Source: Alphaproteobacteria bacterium (lineage in GTDB: Bacteria > Pseudomonadota > Alphaproteobacteria > SMXQ01). Taken from it: 64,000 nucleotides of DNA. Every line of letters starts with the position of its first letter. Position 1 is the stretch's first letter. The notes beneath the pieces were generated by a model. The model was given only the letters and a program-made list of their open reading frames with translations, made no database searches and had not been told where the DNA came from. Where the stretch lies: assembly GCA_036500145.1 (NCBI GenBank), contig DASYCO010000066.1, positions 47,602-111,601 on the forward strand, given 5' to 3'. Made by a program: the position numbers and the translations under genes. Positions 1-10,342 of the stretch are shown here, in pieces.

Positions 1-429
1 ATGCATGCAGGCATGCATCAGCGCGTCGCCGACGATCAGGTCGCCGTCGCCGAGCAATGCCGGGATGATGCCGAGATTCGCGAGGTAGCCGGAGCCGAAG
101 ACGATCGCGCCATCGGCGCCCTTGATGCGCGCGAGCCGCGCCTCGACCGCGCCGTAGAGCGGGTTGTCGCCGGTGACGTAGCGCGACGCGCCGGCGCCCG
201 CGCCGTAGGTCCGCGTCGCGGCGACGGCGGCGGCGATCACCTTGGGGTGGCGGCTCAAGCCTAGATAGTCGTTGCAGGAAAAGGAAACCAGCCGGCGGCC
301 GTCGCGCTCGACGACAAGCCTGTCGCCGCGCGCCGTCGGATGCAGCACGCGCGTCAGGTCCTGGGCGGAGATTTCCGCCATCTTGGCGCGGGCATAGGCG
401 GCCAGGCTGGGGACGGGCGAGCTGTGCAT
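1..429 (-). CDS. bioF: 8-amino-7-oxononanoate synthase family protein (BioF-like), N-terminal 143 codons only; the gene runs off the window edge
   Basis: Open-ended minus-strand frame that is absent from the supplied track. My translation from ATG at 429-427 reads MHSSPVPSLAAYARAKMAEISAQDL...VSFSCNDYLGLSRHPKVIAAA...GAGASRYVTGDNPLYGAVEARLA...IVFGSGYLANLGIIPAL...DALMHAC. This is the N-terminal pattern of alpha-oxoamine synthases. The gene is divergent from bioB-bioA. Confidence 0.7.
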   Translation of the reverse strand, partial: MHSSPVPSLAAYARAKMAEISAQDLTRVLHPTARGDRLVVERDGRRLVSFSCNDYLGLSRHPKVIAAAVAATRTYGAGAGASRYVTGDNPLYGAVEARLARIKGADGAIVFGSGYLANLGIIPALLGDGDLIVGDALMHACMH

Positions 430-546
430 AACTCTCTGGGAACCATGATGTCCGAAGGCCCGCCAAATTCGCAATAAACCCCCGCTTTGCCAAGAGAAGG
501 CTTTGGACTAGATTGCCGTCACGATTTGTTACCATCGGAAGTTCTC

Positions 547-1581
547 ATGGCCACACAGCTGCGCGTCGATCCCGCCGTTCCGGCGGCTGATCTCAATATC
601 CGCCACGACTGGACCCGGGCCGAGGCCGAAGCGCTCTTCGCGCTGCCGCTGAACGACCTGCTGTTCAAGGCCCAGGGCCTGCTGCGCCAGTATTTCGATC
701 CCAACGAGGTGCAGCTCTCGACGCTGCTCAACGTCAAGACCGGCGGCTGTCCGGAAGACTGCCGCTACTGCGCGCAGAGCTCGCGCTACGACACCGGCCT
801 CAAGGCCGAGAAGCTGATGGAACTGGACGAGGTGCTGGCCGCCGCCAAGGCGGCGAAGGACGCCGGCGCCGGCCGCTTCTGCATGGGCGCCGCCTGGCGC
901 AGCCCGAAGGAGCGCGACCTCGACCGCATCGTGCCGATGATCGAAGGCGTGAAGGCCCTCGGCCTCGAGACCTGCGTGACCTTGGGCATGCTGGAGCCGG
1001 GCCAGGCCTCGCGCCTGAAGGACGCCGGGCTCGACTACTACAACCACAATCTCGACACCTCCGAGGAATACTACCCGCAGATCGTCACCACGCGGACCTA
1101 CGGCGACCGCCTCGACACGCTCGCCAACGTGCGTGACGCCGGCATCAAGGTCTGCTGCGGCGGCATCATCGGCATGGGCGAGGGCGAGCATGACCGCGCC
1201 TCCATGCTGGTCACGCTGGCGAACCTGCCGCAGCATCCCGACTCGGTGCCGATCAACGCCCTGGTGCAGATCGAAGGCACGCCCCTGGCGCTTGAGGGCA
1301 ATGCGAAGCGGGACAAGATCGACCCGTTCGACTTCGTGCGCACCATCGCGGTGGCGCGCGTCATGATGCCGGCCTCCATGGTCCGCATCGCGGCGGGCCG
1401 CCTGGAGATGGACGAGGCGACCCAGGCGCTCTGCCTGTTCGCCGGCGCCAATTCGATCTTCTACGGCGACAAGCTGCTGACGACGCCGAACCCGGACGAC
1501 AACCAGGACGAGGCGCTGCTCGACAAGCTCGGCTACCGCCCGATGGCCAGTTCCTGCGACAACGGCTCCTGCGGCGCGTGA
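547..1581 (+). CDS. bioB: biotin synthase
   Basis: Radical-SAM motif [11 protein letters not shown] and typical BioB length and layout. ATG 547 (MATQLRV) is preferred over the TTG 487 start in the track. The stop overlaps the bioA start (GTGA). Confidence 0.93.
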   Translation: MATQLRVDPAVPAADLNIRHDWTRAEAEALFALPLNDLLFKAQGLLRQYFDPNEVQLSTLLNVKTGGCPEDCRYCAQSSRYDTGLKAEKLMELDEVLAAAKAAKDAGAGRFCMGAAWRSPKERDLDRIVPMIEGVKALGLETCVTLGMLEPGQASRLKDAGLDYYNHNLDTSEEYYPQIVTTRTYGDRLDTLANVRDAGIKVCCGGIIGMGEGEHDRASMLVTLANLPQHPDSVPINALVQIEGTPLALEGNAKRDKIDPFDFVRTIAVARVMMPASMVRIAAGRLEMDEATQALCLFAGANSIFYGDKLLTTPNPDDNQDEALLDKLGYRPMASSCDNGSCGA

Positions 1582-2867
1582 CCGAAGACCGGCCAGACTG
1601 GCTGAACAAGGGCCTGCCGCATCTCTGGATGCCCTACAGCCAGATGCGCACGGCCCTGCCGCCTTTGCCGGTGGTCGGCACCGACGGCGTGCGCATCGAG
1701 CTGGCCGACGGCCGCAAGCTGATCGACGGCCTGGCCTCCTGGTGGACGGCCTGCCACGGCTACAACCCTCCCCACATCGTCGACGCCATCCGCCGCCAGG
1801 CGGAGAAGATGCCCCATGTGATGTTCGCCGGCCTGGCGCATGAGCCGGCGGCGAAGCTCGCGGCGCGCCTGGCGGCCTTGCTGCCGGGCGACCTGGAGCG
1901 CGTGTTCTTCTGCGATTCGGGCTCCGTCGCCGTCGAGGTCGCCCTCAAGATGGCGGTGCAGTTCTGGATCAACCAGGGCGAGACGGGCCGCAACAAGTTC
2001 GTCGCCTTCCGCCACGGCTACCACGGCGACACCATGGGCTGCATGGCGGTGAGCGACACCGAGGACGAGGACGCCATGCACGCCCTCTTTCGCGGCTACA
2101 TTCCCGAACATCTGATCTGCGACCTGCCGGTCGGGCGCGCCGCCGAAGTCGCCTTCGATGCGCTGCTGGCCGGCGAGCGCGGCCGCATCGCCGCCGTCAT
2201 CGCCGAGCCCTTGGTGCAGGGCGCCGGCGGCATGAAGCTGCATCCGCCGGAGACGCTGAAGGCGATCGCCGACGCCTGCGCCCGCCACGGCGTGCTGCTG
2301 ATCCTCGACGAGATCGCCACCGGCTTCGGCCGCACCGGCACGCTGTTCGCCTGCGAGCAGGCCGGCGTCGTGCCCGATATCCTCTGCCTCTCGAAGGCAT
2401 TGACCGGCGGCAGCATCGGCCTCGGCGCCACGGTGGCGACGCGCCGCGTCTTCGAGGCCTTCCTGTCGGACGATCCGCAGAAGGCGCTGATGCACGGGCC
2501 GACCTTCATGGCCAATCCGCTCGCCTGCGCCGCCGCCAACGCGTCCCTCGACCTGTTCGAGCGCGCGCCGCGCCTGGCCCAGGTGGCCGCCATCGAAGCG
2601 CATCTGGGCGCGGCGCTGGAGCCTTGCCGGGGCCTGCCCGGCGTGGCGGACGTGCGCGCCAAGGGCGCCATCGGCGTCGTGCAGCTGGGGGAGATGAAGG
2701 GCCTCAACTGGCTGCGCGAGCGCTTCGTGAACGAAGGCCTGTGGCTGCGGCCCTTCGCCGACATCGTCTACTGCACGCCGGCCTTCACCATCGAGACGGC
2801 CGACCTCGCGCGCCTGACCGACGGCATGGTCAAGGTCGTGGCCGAATGGTCGCGGAAATTCGCCTGA
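1578..2867 (+). CDS. bioA: adenosylmethionine-8-amino-7-oxononanoate aminotransferase
   Basis: Class-III aminotransferase pattern ([41 protein letters not shown]). GTG start overlaps the bioB stop. Confidence 0.9.
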   Translation: MTEDRPDWLNKGLPHLWMPYSQMRTALPPLPVVGTDGVRIELADGRKLIDGLASWWTACHGYNPPHIVDAIRRQAEKMPHVMFAGLAHEPAAKLAARLAALLPGDLERVFFCDSGSVAVEVALKMAVQFWINQGETGRNKFVAFRHGYHGDTMGCMAVSDTEDEDAMHALFRGYIPEHLICDLPVGRAAEVAFDALLAGERGRIAAVIAEPLVQGAGGMKLHPPETLKAIADACARHGVLLILDEIATGFGRTGTLFACEQAGVVPDILCLSKALTGGSIGLGATVATRRVFEAFLSDDPQKALMHGPTFMANPLACAAANASLDLFERAPRLAQVAAIEAHLGAALEPCRGLPGVADVRAKGAIGVVQLGEMKGLNWLRERFVNEGLWLRPFADIVYCTPAFTIETADLARLTDGMVKVVAEWSRKFA

Positions 2868-2897
2868 TCACGTTCGTCTAGGCGAGGTTCGCCTGAT

Positions 2898-4346
2898 TCA
2901 GTCGGCGCGCTGATCGGTAAGGGCCGCGACGTCCTCGATCTCCTCGGACTCGCCTTCGATCAAGTCGCCGCTGTCCTGCAGCACCACCTGCATCGACGGC
3001 AAGGCGCCCGGCAGGTCTTTCTGCTTGGCCTGGCGCACGCCGAGGCCCGCCAGCGTGCGCTGGCGCGGCAGCAGGCGGCTGTTGATCGAGCCGACCAGCT
3101 TGGCGTGGCTTTCGGCGGCGGTCTTGAGGCCCTTGCCGACGCCCGCCACATGGCTGATGACCTGGCTCACGGATTCGATCAGGCGCTGCGCGGCGACGAT
3201 GATCTTCTCCTGGTTCTCGGCCTGCTGGCCGAGGTTGATCTCGATGCGCGCGAAGCCGATGTAGGACATGAGCCCGCTCGGTCCCGCCACGACGATGCTT
3301 TCCTGCACGGCCTTCTTCTGGAAGGCCGGGTCGGCGCGGCCGAGCCGCTCGATGCCGCCCTCGGTCGGCAGGTACATGATGTTGATGGCGCGCGCGATGC
3401 GGTCGCCCTTGCCCGCCTTGCGATAGGTCGCCTGCAGCGCGCCGGCGTAGTCCTTGCTGGCCAGCGCCCGCAGATGCAGGTTCATGGTGCGCGCCAGGTT
3501 GGCGTAGGCGGCTTCTTCCTGGTCGGTGCCTTCGGCGTCGGCGGCTTCGAGCAGGAACTTCGAGGCCTTGCTGTCGATGGTCAGCACGGTATTGCCGGGC
3601 AGAAACACGACCGCGTCGGGCCGCAGGCGCGCGCCGTCCTCCTGGCCGTCGATGGTGTGCTGCATGATGTAGTCGCGGCCCGGCTGCAGGCCGAATTCGC
3701 GCAGGGAATTCTCCAGGCCGATCTCGGCGTAATGGCCGGCCCCGGCGGGATTCGAGAGCGCGCGCAGGATGGTCTCGGTCTGGCCTGTCGTCTGCTGCAC
3801 CTGGCTGTGCAGCACGCTGACGCTCTCGTTCAGTTTGCCGACATGGCCCTGCAGTTCCTCGGTGGTCTTCTTGACCAGCTCGGCGCCGTCCTTCTTCTGC
3901 GCCTCGGCCTCGCGCTTATGGTCCTCGAGCAGCTTGGAGGAGACGGCCTGGGTCGTCGTCAGCATCGCGGCCTTGGTCGCTTCGAGCATCTGGGCCTTGG
4001 TCGTTTCCCAGTCTGCCATGCGCTGCTTGACGGCGAGCGCCTCCTGGTCGGCGAGGGCCGCGCGGGTTTCGGACTGCTGCTGGGCGCGCAGGGCCTCGTC
4101 GCGGGCCTTCTGCGCGCTTTCCCGTTCGGCGATCACCGCGATCAGGTTTTCGCGCAGCGCCGCCAGGCGTTCCTCGGCCGCAAGCTTGGCGCCGAGCCGC
4201 TGCTCTGACGCGTCCTGGCTCGCCAGGGCCAGCTGGCGCGCTTCCGTCGCCTCGCGGTTGAGCCCGCGAAGCCGCAGCGCCAGGGCGACGGCGATGGCGA
4301 CGCAGGCGGCAATGAGGACGAGGAGGACGGTTTCAAAGCTGGTCAT
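2898..4346 (-). CDS. rmuC: DNA recombination protein RmuC
   Basis: N-terminal transmembrane helix, a long Ala/Glu/Gln coiled coil, then a C-terminal RmuC-type domain (RPDAVVFLPGNTVLTIDSKASKF...MYLPTEG). Confidence 0.85.
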   Translation of the reverse strand: MTSFETVLLVLIAACVAIAVALALRLRGLNREATEARQLALASQDASEQRLGAKLAAEERLAALRENLIAVIAERESAQKARDEALRAQQQSETRAALADQEALAVKQRMADWETTKAQMLEATKAAMLTTTQAVSSKLLEDHKREAEAQKKDGAELVKKTTEELQGHVGKLNESVSVLHSQVQQTTGQTETILRALSNPAGAGHYAEIGLENSLREFGLQPGRDYIMQHTIDGQEDGARLRPDAVVFLPGNTVLTIDSKASKFLLEAADAEGTDQEEAAYANLARTMNLHLRALASKDYAGALQATYRKAGKGDRIARAINIMYLPTEGGIERLGRADPAFQKKAVQESIVVAGPSGLMSYIGFARIEINLGQQAENQEKIIVAAQRLIESVSQVISHVAGVGKGLKTAAESHAKLVGSINSRLLPRQRTLAGLGVRQAKQKDLPGALPSMQVVLQDSGDLIEGESEEIEDVAALTDQRAD

Positions 4347-4477
4347 GGGCTTAAGGCAACTCGCGGAATTGGCGTTTCCTGAAGACTAGCACGCGTCGCC
4401 GTGGGTCGCGACCCGACGGTGCGCTTGACGCTCCCGGACGGGCGTCTTACCTAAGGGCCGAAAGGAACCTCCCGCCC

Positions 4478-5011
4478 ATGGCCGTTTTGCCCATTCTCAT
4501 TGCGCCGGACCCGCGCCTCAAGGTCAAGGCCAAGCCCGTCGCGAAGGTCGACGCCGCCGTCCGCAAGCTGATGGACGACATGCTGGAGACCATGTACGTG
4601 GCGCCCGGCATCGGCCTCGCCGCGCCCCAGGTCGGCGTCGCCAAGCAGGTCGTCGTCGTCGACGTGGCGGAGAAGGGCGAGCCGCCGCATCCTTACCGCA
4701 TGGCCAATCCGGAGATCGTCTGGCGCTCCGAGGAGACGGCCGTCTGCGAGGAAGGCTGCCTGTCGGTTCCCGAATATTACGCCGACGTCGAGCGCGCCGC
4801 GCGCGTGCGCGTGCGCTACCTCGACGAACAGAACGAAATCCGCGAGATCGAGGCCGACGGCCTGCTCTCCGTCTGCATCCAGCACGAGATCGACCATCTC
4901 AGCGGCACGCTCTTCGTCGATCATCTGAGCGCGCTCAAGCGCGGCATGATCCTGCGCAAGCTCGGCAAGGCCAAGAAGGCCGAGCCGGTGCCTGTTTCGA
5001 GCCGCTCTTGA
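4478..5011 (+). CDS. def: peptide deformylase
   Basis: The three Def motifs are present: [17 protein letters not shown] and QHEIDHL. Confidence 0.95.
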   Translation: MAVLPILIAPDPRLKVKAKPVAKVDAAVRKLMDDMLETMYVAPGIGLAAPQVGVAKQVVVVDVAEKGEPPHPYRMANPEIVWRSEETAVCEEGCLSVPEYYADVERAARVRVRYLDEQNEIREIEADGLLSVCIQHEIDHLSGTLFVDHLSALKRGMILRKLGKAKKAEPVPVSSRS

Positions 5012-5039
5012 CGGCGTCCAGCCCGGCGGTCCCTTCCGC

Positions 5040-5999
5040 ATGAACGGCCTGCGGATCGCCTTCATGGGCACGCCGGACTTTGCCGTGCCGGCTTTGCGGG
5101 CTCTAGCCGCCGCCGGCCATGACGTCGCCGCCGTCTACAGCCAGCCGCCGCGTCCGGCGGGCCGCGGCCAGTCGGAGAAGCGCTCCGAGGTGCATGAGGC
5201 GGCGCTGGCCCTGAACATTCCCGTGCGCACGCCCGTGTCCCTGAAGACGCCGGAGGCGCAGGCGGAGTTCGCCGCCCTCGGCCTCGACCTCGCCGTGGTG
5301 GTCGCCTACGGGCTGATCCTGCCGAAGGCGATCCTGGCAGCGCCCAAGCACGGCTGCTTCAATATCCATGGTTCGCTGCTGCCGCGCTGGCGCGGCGCCG
5401 CGCCGATCCAGCGCGCGATCCTCGCCGGAGACCAGGAGACCGGCATCACCATCATGCAGATGGACGAAGGCCTCGACACCGGCCCCATGCTGCTGCGCGA
5501 CTCGGTGCCGATCACGTCGGGCAGCACGGCGGAGACGTTGCATGACGCGCTGGCCGAGATGGGGGCGCGACTGATCGTGCAGGCGCTAGCCGATTTGACG
5601 GCTGGCAAGCTGACGCCGACGCCGCAGCCCGCCGAAGGCGCCACCTATGCCAAGAAGCTCTCGCGCGACGACGGCGTGATCGACTGGCGCAGGCCGGCGG
5701 CCGAGATCGAACGCCAGGCGCGCGCGCTCACGCCCTGGCCTGGGGCCTTCTTCTCTCACGATGGCAAGCGCATCAAGCTGCTGGCGGCCTCGGCGCGCGC
5801 GGCGTCCTCGCAGAAGGCGCCCGGCACCGTGCTCGACGACAAGCTGTCCATTGCATGCGGAAGTGGCGTGCTCACGCTGACGCGGCTGCAGCGTGAGGGC
5901 CGCGCCGCCTTGGAGGCCGACGCCTTCCTGCGCGGCTACGCCCTGCCGGCAGGCACGCAGCTCGACTTGCCGCAGGAAACGCCCGCGAGCGCGCCATGA
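5040..5999 (+). CDS. fmt: methionyl-tRNA formyltransferase
   Basis: [11 protein letters not shown]-terminus, [20 protein letters not shown] formyltransferase core, and position downstream of def. Confidence 0.95.
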   Translation: MNGLRIAFMGTPDFAVPALRALAAAGHDVAAVYSQPPRPAGRGQSEKRSEVHEAALALNIPVRTPVSLKTPEAQAEFAALGLDLAVVVAYGLILPKAILAAPKHGCFNIHGSLLPRWRGAAPIQRAILAGDQETGITIMQMDEGLDTGPMLLRDSVPITSGSTAETLHDALAEMGARLIVQALADLTAGKLTPTPQPAEGATYAKKLSRDDGVIDWRRPAAEIERQARALTPWPGAFFSHDGKRIKLLAASARAASSQKAPGTVLDDKLSIACGSGVLTLTRLQREGRAALEADAFLRGYALPAGTQLDLPQETPASAP

Positions 6000-6024
6000 C
6001 GCGCGTCATCGAAGCGAGTGCGCC

Positions 6025-6762
6025 ATGACGCGCTACCGCCTCACCGTCGAATATGACGGCGGCCCCTTCGTCGGCTGGCAGCGCCAGGCCAACGGCCTGT
6101 CGGTGCAGCAGAGCTTGGAGGAGGCGGTCGAGGCCTTCTGCCAGGAGCGCGTGGTGGTCCACAGCGCCGGCCGCACCGACGCCGGCGTCCATGCGCTCGG
6201 CCAGGTCGCCCATTTCGACATCGCCAAGGACACCAATCCCGACAAGGTGCGTGACGCGCTGAACTTCCACCTGCGGCCGCATCCCATCGCCGTGCTGCAG
6301 GCAGAGGTCGCCGCGCCGGATTTCCACGCCCGCTTCTCGGCCACGGGCCGCGCCTACCTCTACCGCATCCTTAACCGCCGGGCGCCCGGCGTGCTCGAAC
6401 GCGGCCATGTCTGGCACGTGCCTCACGAACTCGATGCCGCGGCCATGCATCAGGCGGCGCAGGAACTGGTCGGCCATCACGACTTCACCAGCTTCCGCAG
6501 CACCGAATGCCAGGCCCCGAGCCCGGTGAAGACCCTCGACGAACTGTCGGTCAGCCGTGCCGGCGAGGAAATCCACGTCGTCGCCAAGGCGCGCTCCTTC
6601 CTGCACAACCAGGTCCGCATCATGGTCGGCACGCTCAAGCTGGTCGGCGACGGCAAATGGTCGGCACGCGACGTCGGCCGGGCCCTGGCCGCGGTCGACC
6701 GCACCGCTGGAGGCCCCACCGCGCCGCCGGACGGGCTTTATTTGACGAATGTGCGATATTGA
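6025..6762 (+). CDS. truA: tRNA pseudouridine(38-40) synthase TruA
   Basis: [21 protein letters not shown]...[18 protein letters not shown] (catalytic Asp motif). ATG 6025 is preferred over the 5893 start, which would overlap fmt. Confidence 0.92.
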   Translation: MTRYRLTVEYDGGPFVGWQRQANGLSVQQSLEEAVEAFCQERVVVHSAGRTDAGVHALGQVAHFDIAKDTNPDKVRDALNFHLRPHPIAVLQAEVAAPDFHARFSATGRAYLYRILNRRAPGVLERGHVWHVPHELDAAAMHQAAQELVGHHDFTSFRSTECQAPSPVKTLDELSVSRAGEEIHVVAKARSFLHNQVRIMVGTLKLVGDGKWSARDVGRALAAVDRTAGGPTAPPDGLYLTNVRY

Positions 6763-6916
6763 GTGTTCATACGCTGTATATTCTTAATTAATGGCGTTTA
6801 TACATTCGTTAGACAGTGTGGGATTTAACCCGTCACTAGAATATGGAATCGTATAAATCATATATAAGCTCATTAAATTTGCTTATTACACTGTATAAAC
6901 AGTGTATCATTTATTC
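6763..6916. promoter_or_regulatory. AT-rich spacer dense in inverted repeats; putative promoter/operator region for the downstream orphan ORF
   Basis: Composition drops sharply immediately after the truA stop. There is a perfect inverted repeat ACACTGT-ATAA-ACAGTGT at 6888-6905, another ACAGTGT at 6813-6819, and an inverted TGTATA (6775-6780) / TATACA (6799-6804) pair. Confidence 0.4.
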
Positions 6917-7363
6917 ATGAACGTTACCCTCACTGGCGACAAGCAAATTCAGCTGACGGTCAGTTTGAGCCTGGCCGAGTTTCAGCGCGCCCTGGCCGAC
7001 GGCCGCTTGGTCGTCGACCTGACCGCGGCGCCCGGCGGCGCGGATGCGCCGGCGCTGACGGCCGAGGAGATCGCGGCGGTCTGCCGCTGCTACGGCCATG
7101 AAAGCCTGGCCGCGAACCTGCTGTGGGAAGTCGCCCAGGCGGGCGAGCCGGGCATCGCCTCCGGCCCGCTCAAGGACCTGCTCGGCCTGTCGAGCAGCCA
7201 GAAGCTTGCCGGCGTGTTCTCGGGTCTCGGCAAGACGTTGGCGCGGCTGCTGCCGGGCCGCGAGGGGCTCTTCCTGATCCGCGAATGGCAGGGCGAGGCC
7301 GGCGAGTACCACTATCGCCTGCCGGCGGACGTCCGCGCCGCCGTGATCGCCGCCTACAGCTAG
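6917..7363 (+). CDS. hypothetical protein (148 aa); no family recognised
   Basis: Strong GC3 codon bias in this frame supports real coding. ATG 6917 (MNVTLTGDK) is preferred over GTG 6902, which lies inside the palindrome. The C-terminal half (LWEVAQAGEPGIASGPLKDLLGLSSSQKLAGVFSGLGKTLARLL...FLIREWQGEAGEYHYRL) loosely resembles a winged-helix layout; this is an inference only. Confidence 0.55.
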   Translation: MNVTLTGDKQIQLTVSLSLAEFQRALADGRLVVDLTAAPGGADAPALTAEEIAAVCRCYGHESLAANLLWEVAQAGEPGIASGPLKDLLGLSSSQKLAGVFSGLGKTLARLLPGREGLFLIREWQGEAGEYHYRLPADVRAAVIAAYS

Positions 7364-8082
7364 CGAATGACCGAAGCGGGGCCGGTGCGGAAACGCGCGG
7401 CCGTTTCGAGCGACCTGCCGTTCACGGCTCCGCCTTCCATGACGCGCGCGAACTCAGTCATCTGCGCGGGGCCTGTCTGCAGATAGGCCTGCGGCGTCGG
7501 CGCGACCACGCCCATTCCGCTGCCGCTCAAGATCAGCACGCGCGCCACCAGCGAGATGACGAGGCCCAGCAGGAAGTTGAGCGCCACCGGCAGGACGGCT
7601 TGGACGGGGCTCACGTCGAGGGCGAGGCGCGCGACGTACCATTGGTAGCCGAACAGCGCCAGCGCGACCAAGGCCGGCAGGATGCTGAGGCCCGGTATGG
7701 CGGCGCCGATGGCGACCGCCGGCAGGAAGGCCGTCATCTCGATCACGCCGCACCAGTTGCAGGCGACGATGTAGCGCGTGAAGTGATGGCCGCGGCCGAG
7801 CTTCTGGGCGACCCCGGCCATGGCGAGCGGGAAGGCCGTCCATCCCATGACGTAGGCGATGCCCTCGATGAGCACGAGGCGCGCGAGGTTGACCGGAGGG
7901 TCGCCGTCGCCGAGGTTGAGCGCGACGACCAGCGCGTAGGCGGGCGCGGCGATGACGGCGGCCCAGAACGAGCGCCAGAAGCCGGCGTCGCTGCTGTCGA
8001 AGTAGCGCAGGCCCTGCGGATCGAAATGCGCCAGCCGCCAGGCGCCGTAGATGCCGGCCGAAAGATCCCGCAGGCTGATCAT
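7360..8082 (-). CDS. hypothetical integral membrane protein (240 aa)
   Basis: This is the last 240 codons of the 765-aa track ORF, starting at MISLRDLSAGIYGAW. It has several hydrophobic helices (AAVIAAPAYALVVAL, IEGIAYVMGWTAFPLAMAGV, ILPALVALALFGYQW, LNFLLGLVISLVARVLIL). It lies directly downstream of dapE on the same strand. Confidence 0.6.
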   Translation of the reverse strand: MISLRDLSAGIYGAWRLAHFDPQGLRYFDSSDAGFWRSFWAAVIAAPAYALVVALNLGDGDPPVNLARLVLIEGIAYVMGWTAFPLAMAGVAQKLGRGHHFTRYIVACNWCGVIEMTAFLPAVAIGAAIPGLSILPALVALALFGYQWYVARLALDVSPVQAVLPVALNFLLGLVISLVARVLILSGSGMGVVAPTPQAYLQTGPAQMTEFARVMEGGAVNGRSLETAARFRTGPASVIR

Positions 8083-8117
8083 GACGGCCGCCTGGTTGTC
8101 GGGCCGGCCATCATCGC

Positions 8118-9311
8118 TCAGGCCTTCTTGGCGTCGGCGAAGTAGCGCTCGAGGCAGGCGAGGTAGATGTCGGCGAGCTTCTCCATGTCGGCGACCGAGG
8201 TGCGCTCGTCGGCCTTGTGCATGGTCTGGCCGACCAGGCCGAACTCCACCACCGGGCAATGGTTGGTGATGAAGCGCGCGTCCGACGTGCCGCCGGTGGT
8301 CGAGCGGTCGGGCGCCACGCCCGTCACCGATTCCACGGCGCCCGCCACGAGGTCGTTGAACGGCCCCGGCGGCGTCAGGAAGGATTCGCCGGTGATGTGC
8401 GTGCGGAATTCGTAGCGCGTGTCGCCGGCGATCGCCTTGAAGGTCTCGTCGAGCCACTTGATCAGCGTCGCCGACGTGTGGGCGTCGCTGAAGCGGATGT
8501 TGAAGGTCGCCGAGATCTGCGGCGGGATGACGTTGGAGGCCGTGTTGCCGACGTCGACGGTGCTGATCTCCAGCGTCGAGGGCTGGAAATGCGCCGTGCC
8601 GTCGTCGAGCTTGTGCGTGGTGATGGCGGTCAGCATCTTCAGCATGCGCGGCACGGGATTGTCGGCGAGCTGCGGATAGGCCGTGTGGCCCTGCATGCCG
8701 AACACCGTGAGGTAGCCGACGAGGCTGCCGCGCCGGCCGATCTTCATCATCTGGCCGAGCTTGAGCGGATTGGTCGGCTCGCCGACGATGCAGGCGTCGA
8801 GCTTCTCGCCCTTGTCCTTGAGCCACTTGAGCACCTTCACAGTGCCGTTGATGGCATAGGCTTCCTCGTCGCCGGTGATCAGCAGGCTGATCGAGCCGGG
8901 CAGCCCATTCCCATTCTGCGCATGCTTCTCCTTGAAGCGCGCGGCGGCGGCGACGAAGGCGGCGATGGCGCCCTTCATGTCGGAGGCCCCGCGGCCGTAG
9001 AGCTGGCCGTCGATCACTTCGCCCTTGAAGGGATCGACCGTCCAGCCCTTGAGGTCGCCGGTCGGCACCACGTCGGTGTGGCCGGCGAAGCAGAAGTTCG
9101 GGCCTTCGCTGCCGAGGCGGGCATAGAGGTTGTCGATGTCGGCCGTGCCTTCCTGGCTGAACGGCAGGCGGTGGCAGGCGAAGCCCAGCGATTCGAGGGC
9201 GCGCTGGAGCTCGCCGAGGGCGCCGGCGTCGCTCGGCGTCACCGACGCGCAGCGGATCAGGTCTCGGGCGAGGGCGAGAGGCTGCTTGAGGGCTGCGACG
9301 TCGGTGGCCAT
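8118..9311 (-). CDS. dapE: succinyl-diaminopimelate desuccinylase
   Basis: M20 peptidase / DapE pattern ([35 protein letters not shown]). Adjacent to dapD. Confidence 0.92.
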   Translation of the reverse strand: MATDVAALKQPLALARDLIRCASVTPSDAGALGELQRALESLGFACHRLPFSQEGTADIDNLYARLGSEGPNFCFAGHTDVVPTGDLKGWTVDPFKGEVIDGQLYGRGASDMKGAIAAFVAAAARFKEKHAQNGNGLPGSISLLITGDEEAYAINGTVKVLKWLKDKGEKLDACIVGEPTNPLKLGQMMKIGRRGSLVGYLTVFGMQGHTAYPQLADNPVPRMLKMLTAITTHKLDDGTAHFQPSTLEISTVDVGNTASNVIPPQISATFNIRFSDAHTSATLIKWLDETFKAIAGDTRYEFRTHITGESFLTPPGPFNDLVAGAVESVTGVAPDRSTTGGTSDARFITNHCPVVEFGLVGQTMHKADERTSVADMEKLADIYLACLERYFADAKKA

Positions 9312-9325
9312 GTGCGTTCTTCCTA

Positions 9326-10183
9326 TCAGTCGCGCAGGAGGTCGTTGATCGAGGTCTTCGAGCGGGTGCGCTCGTCGACGCGCTTGACGATGACGGCGCA
9401 GTAGAGCGACGGGCCGGGCGTGCCGTCGGGGAACGGCTTGCCCGGCATGGTGCCCGGCACGACGACCGAATAGGCCGGCACGCGGCCGACGTGCACTTCG
9501 CCGGTGGCGCGGTCGACGATCTTGGTGGAAGCGCCGAGGAAGACGCCCATGGAGAGCACCGAGCCGGTCTCGACCACGACGCCTTCGGCCACTTCGCTGC
9601 GCGCGCCGATGAAGCAGTTGTCTTCGATGATGACGGGGCCGGCCTGCAGCGGCTCAAGCACGCCGCCGATGCCGATGCCGCCCGAGAGATGACAGTTCTT
9701 GCCGATCTGGGCGCAGGAGCCGACGGTCGCCCAGGTGTCGACCATGGTGCCGGAATCGACGTAGGCGCCGAGGTTGACGAAGGAGGGCATCAGGACCACG
9801 CCCGGCGCCACGAACGCGCCGCGGCGCACGACGGAGCCCGGCACCGAACGGAAGCCGGCCTTGCGGTAGCGCGCGTCGTCCCAGCCGGCGAACTTCGAGC
9901 CGACCTTGTCGAACCAGGGCGAGGGGCCGCGGTTGGGGTCGGTCGGGCCGCCAGGCTGCGGCATGTTGTCGTGCAGGCGGAACGACAGCAGCACCGCCTT
10001 CTTCGCCCACTGGTGGACCTGCCACTTGCCGTCGATCTTCTCGGCGACGCGGATTTCGCCGGCGTCGAGGGCTTCAAGGGTGGCCTCGACGGCGTCGCGC
10101 ACTTCGCCCTTCGTGGTGGGGCCGATGCCGTCGCGGGCATCCCAGGCGGCGTCGATCGCGGTCTGCAGGGCTTTCTTGTCCAT
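9326..10183 (-). CDS. dapD: 2,3,4,5-tetrahydropyridine-2,6-dicarboxylate N-succinyltransferase
   Basis: Hexapeptide-repeat transferase with a DapD-type N-terminus ([12 protein letters not shown]...[13 protein letters not shown]) and a C-terminal tail KTSINDLLR. Confidence 0.92.
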   Translation of the reverse strand: MDKKALQTAIDAAWDARDGIGPTTKGEVRDAVEATLEALDAGEIRVAEKIDGKWQVHQWAKKAVLLSFRLHDNMPQPGGPTDPNRGPSPWFDKVGSKFAGWDDARYRKAGFRSVPGSVVRRGAFVAPGVVLMPSFVNLGAYVDSGTMVDTWATVGSCAQIGKNCHLSGGIGIGGVLEPLQAGPVIIEDNCFIGARSEVAEGVVVETGSVLSMGVFLGASTKIVDRATGEVHVGRVPAYSVVVPGTMPGKPFPDGTPGPSLYCAVIVKRVDERTRSKTSINDLLRD

Positions 10184-10342
10184 GGCGAAGCGGGATTCCT
10201 ATGTTTTTTGAGAAATTTTGCGGGAAAAGCGGCTCTTTGGCCGGCGGTGAGATGGCTCCGAACATGCGGGAGGCCCTCCGGCCTGTCAACCGCCCGCAAG
10301 CTCGGCGAGCCGGGCGCGCCGGGCCATGAAATCAACCGGATT

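Noticed and set aside
430-546. BioR or BirA operator in the bioF/bioB divergent region.
   Set aside because: No TTATMKATAA-like palindrome or other obvious dyad is visible, so no call can be supported.
2859-2897. 10-bp direct repeat TTCGCCTGAT at the bioA stop and again just before the rmuC stop, with a small hairpin AGGCGA-GGT-TCGCCT between them.
   Set aside because: It is short and could be chance or a simple shared terminator remnant. There is no target-site-duplication context and no mobile element between the copies.
5893-6024. Upstream extension of truA (track start 5893) overlapping the end of fmt by about 100 bp.
   Set aside because: The extension is Arg/Pro/Ala-rich and overlaps a well-supported gene. 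The conserved TruA N-terminus ([12 protein letters not shown]) begins at ATG 6025.
6888-6905. Possible LexA/SOS box (contains CTGT…ACAG).
   Set aside because: The arms are separated by only 4 nt, against 8 nt in the gamma-proteobacterial CTGT-N8-ACAG box. It does not resemble the alphaproteobacterial GTTC-N7-GTTC direct repeat either.
7360-9657. 765-aa minus-strand ORF in the supplied track.
   Set aside because: Only its last 240 codons (7360-8082) look like a real membrane protein. The upstream roughly 525 codons are Arg/Pro/Ala-rich shadow sequence overlapping the well-supported dapE and dapD genes in other frames.
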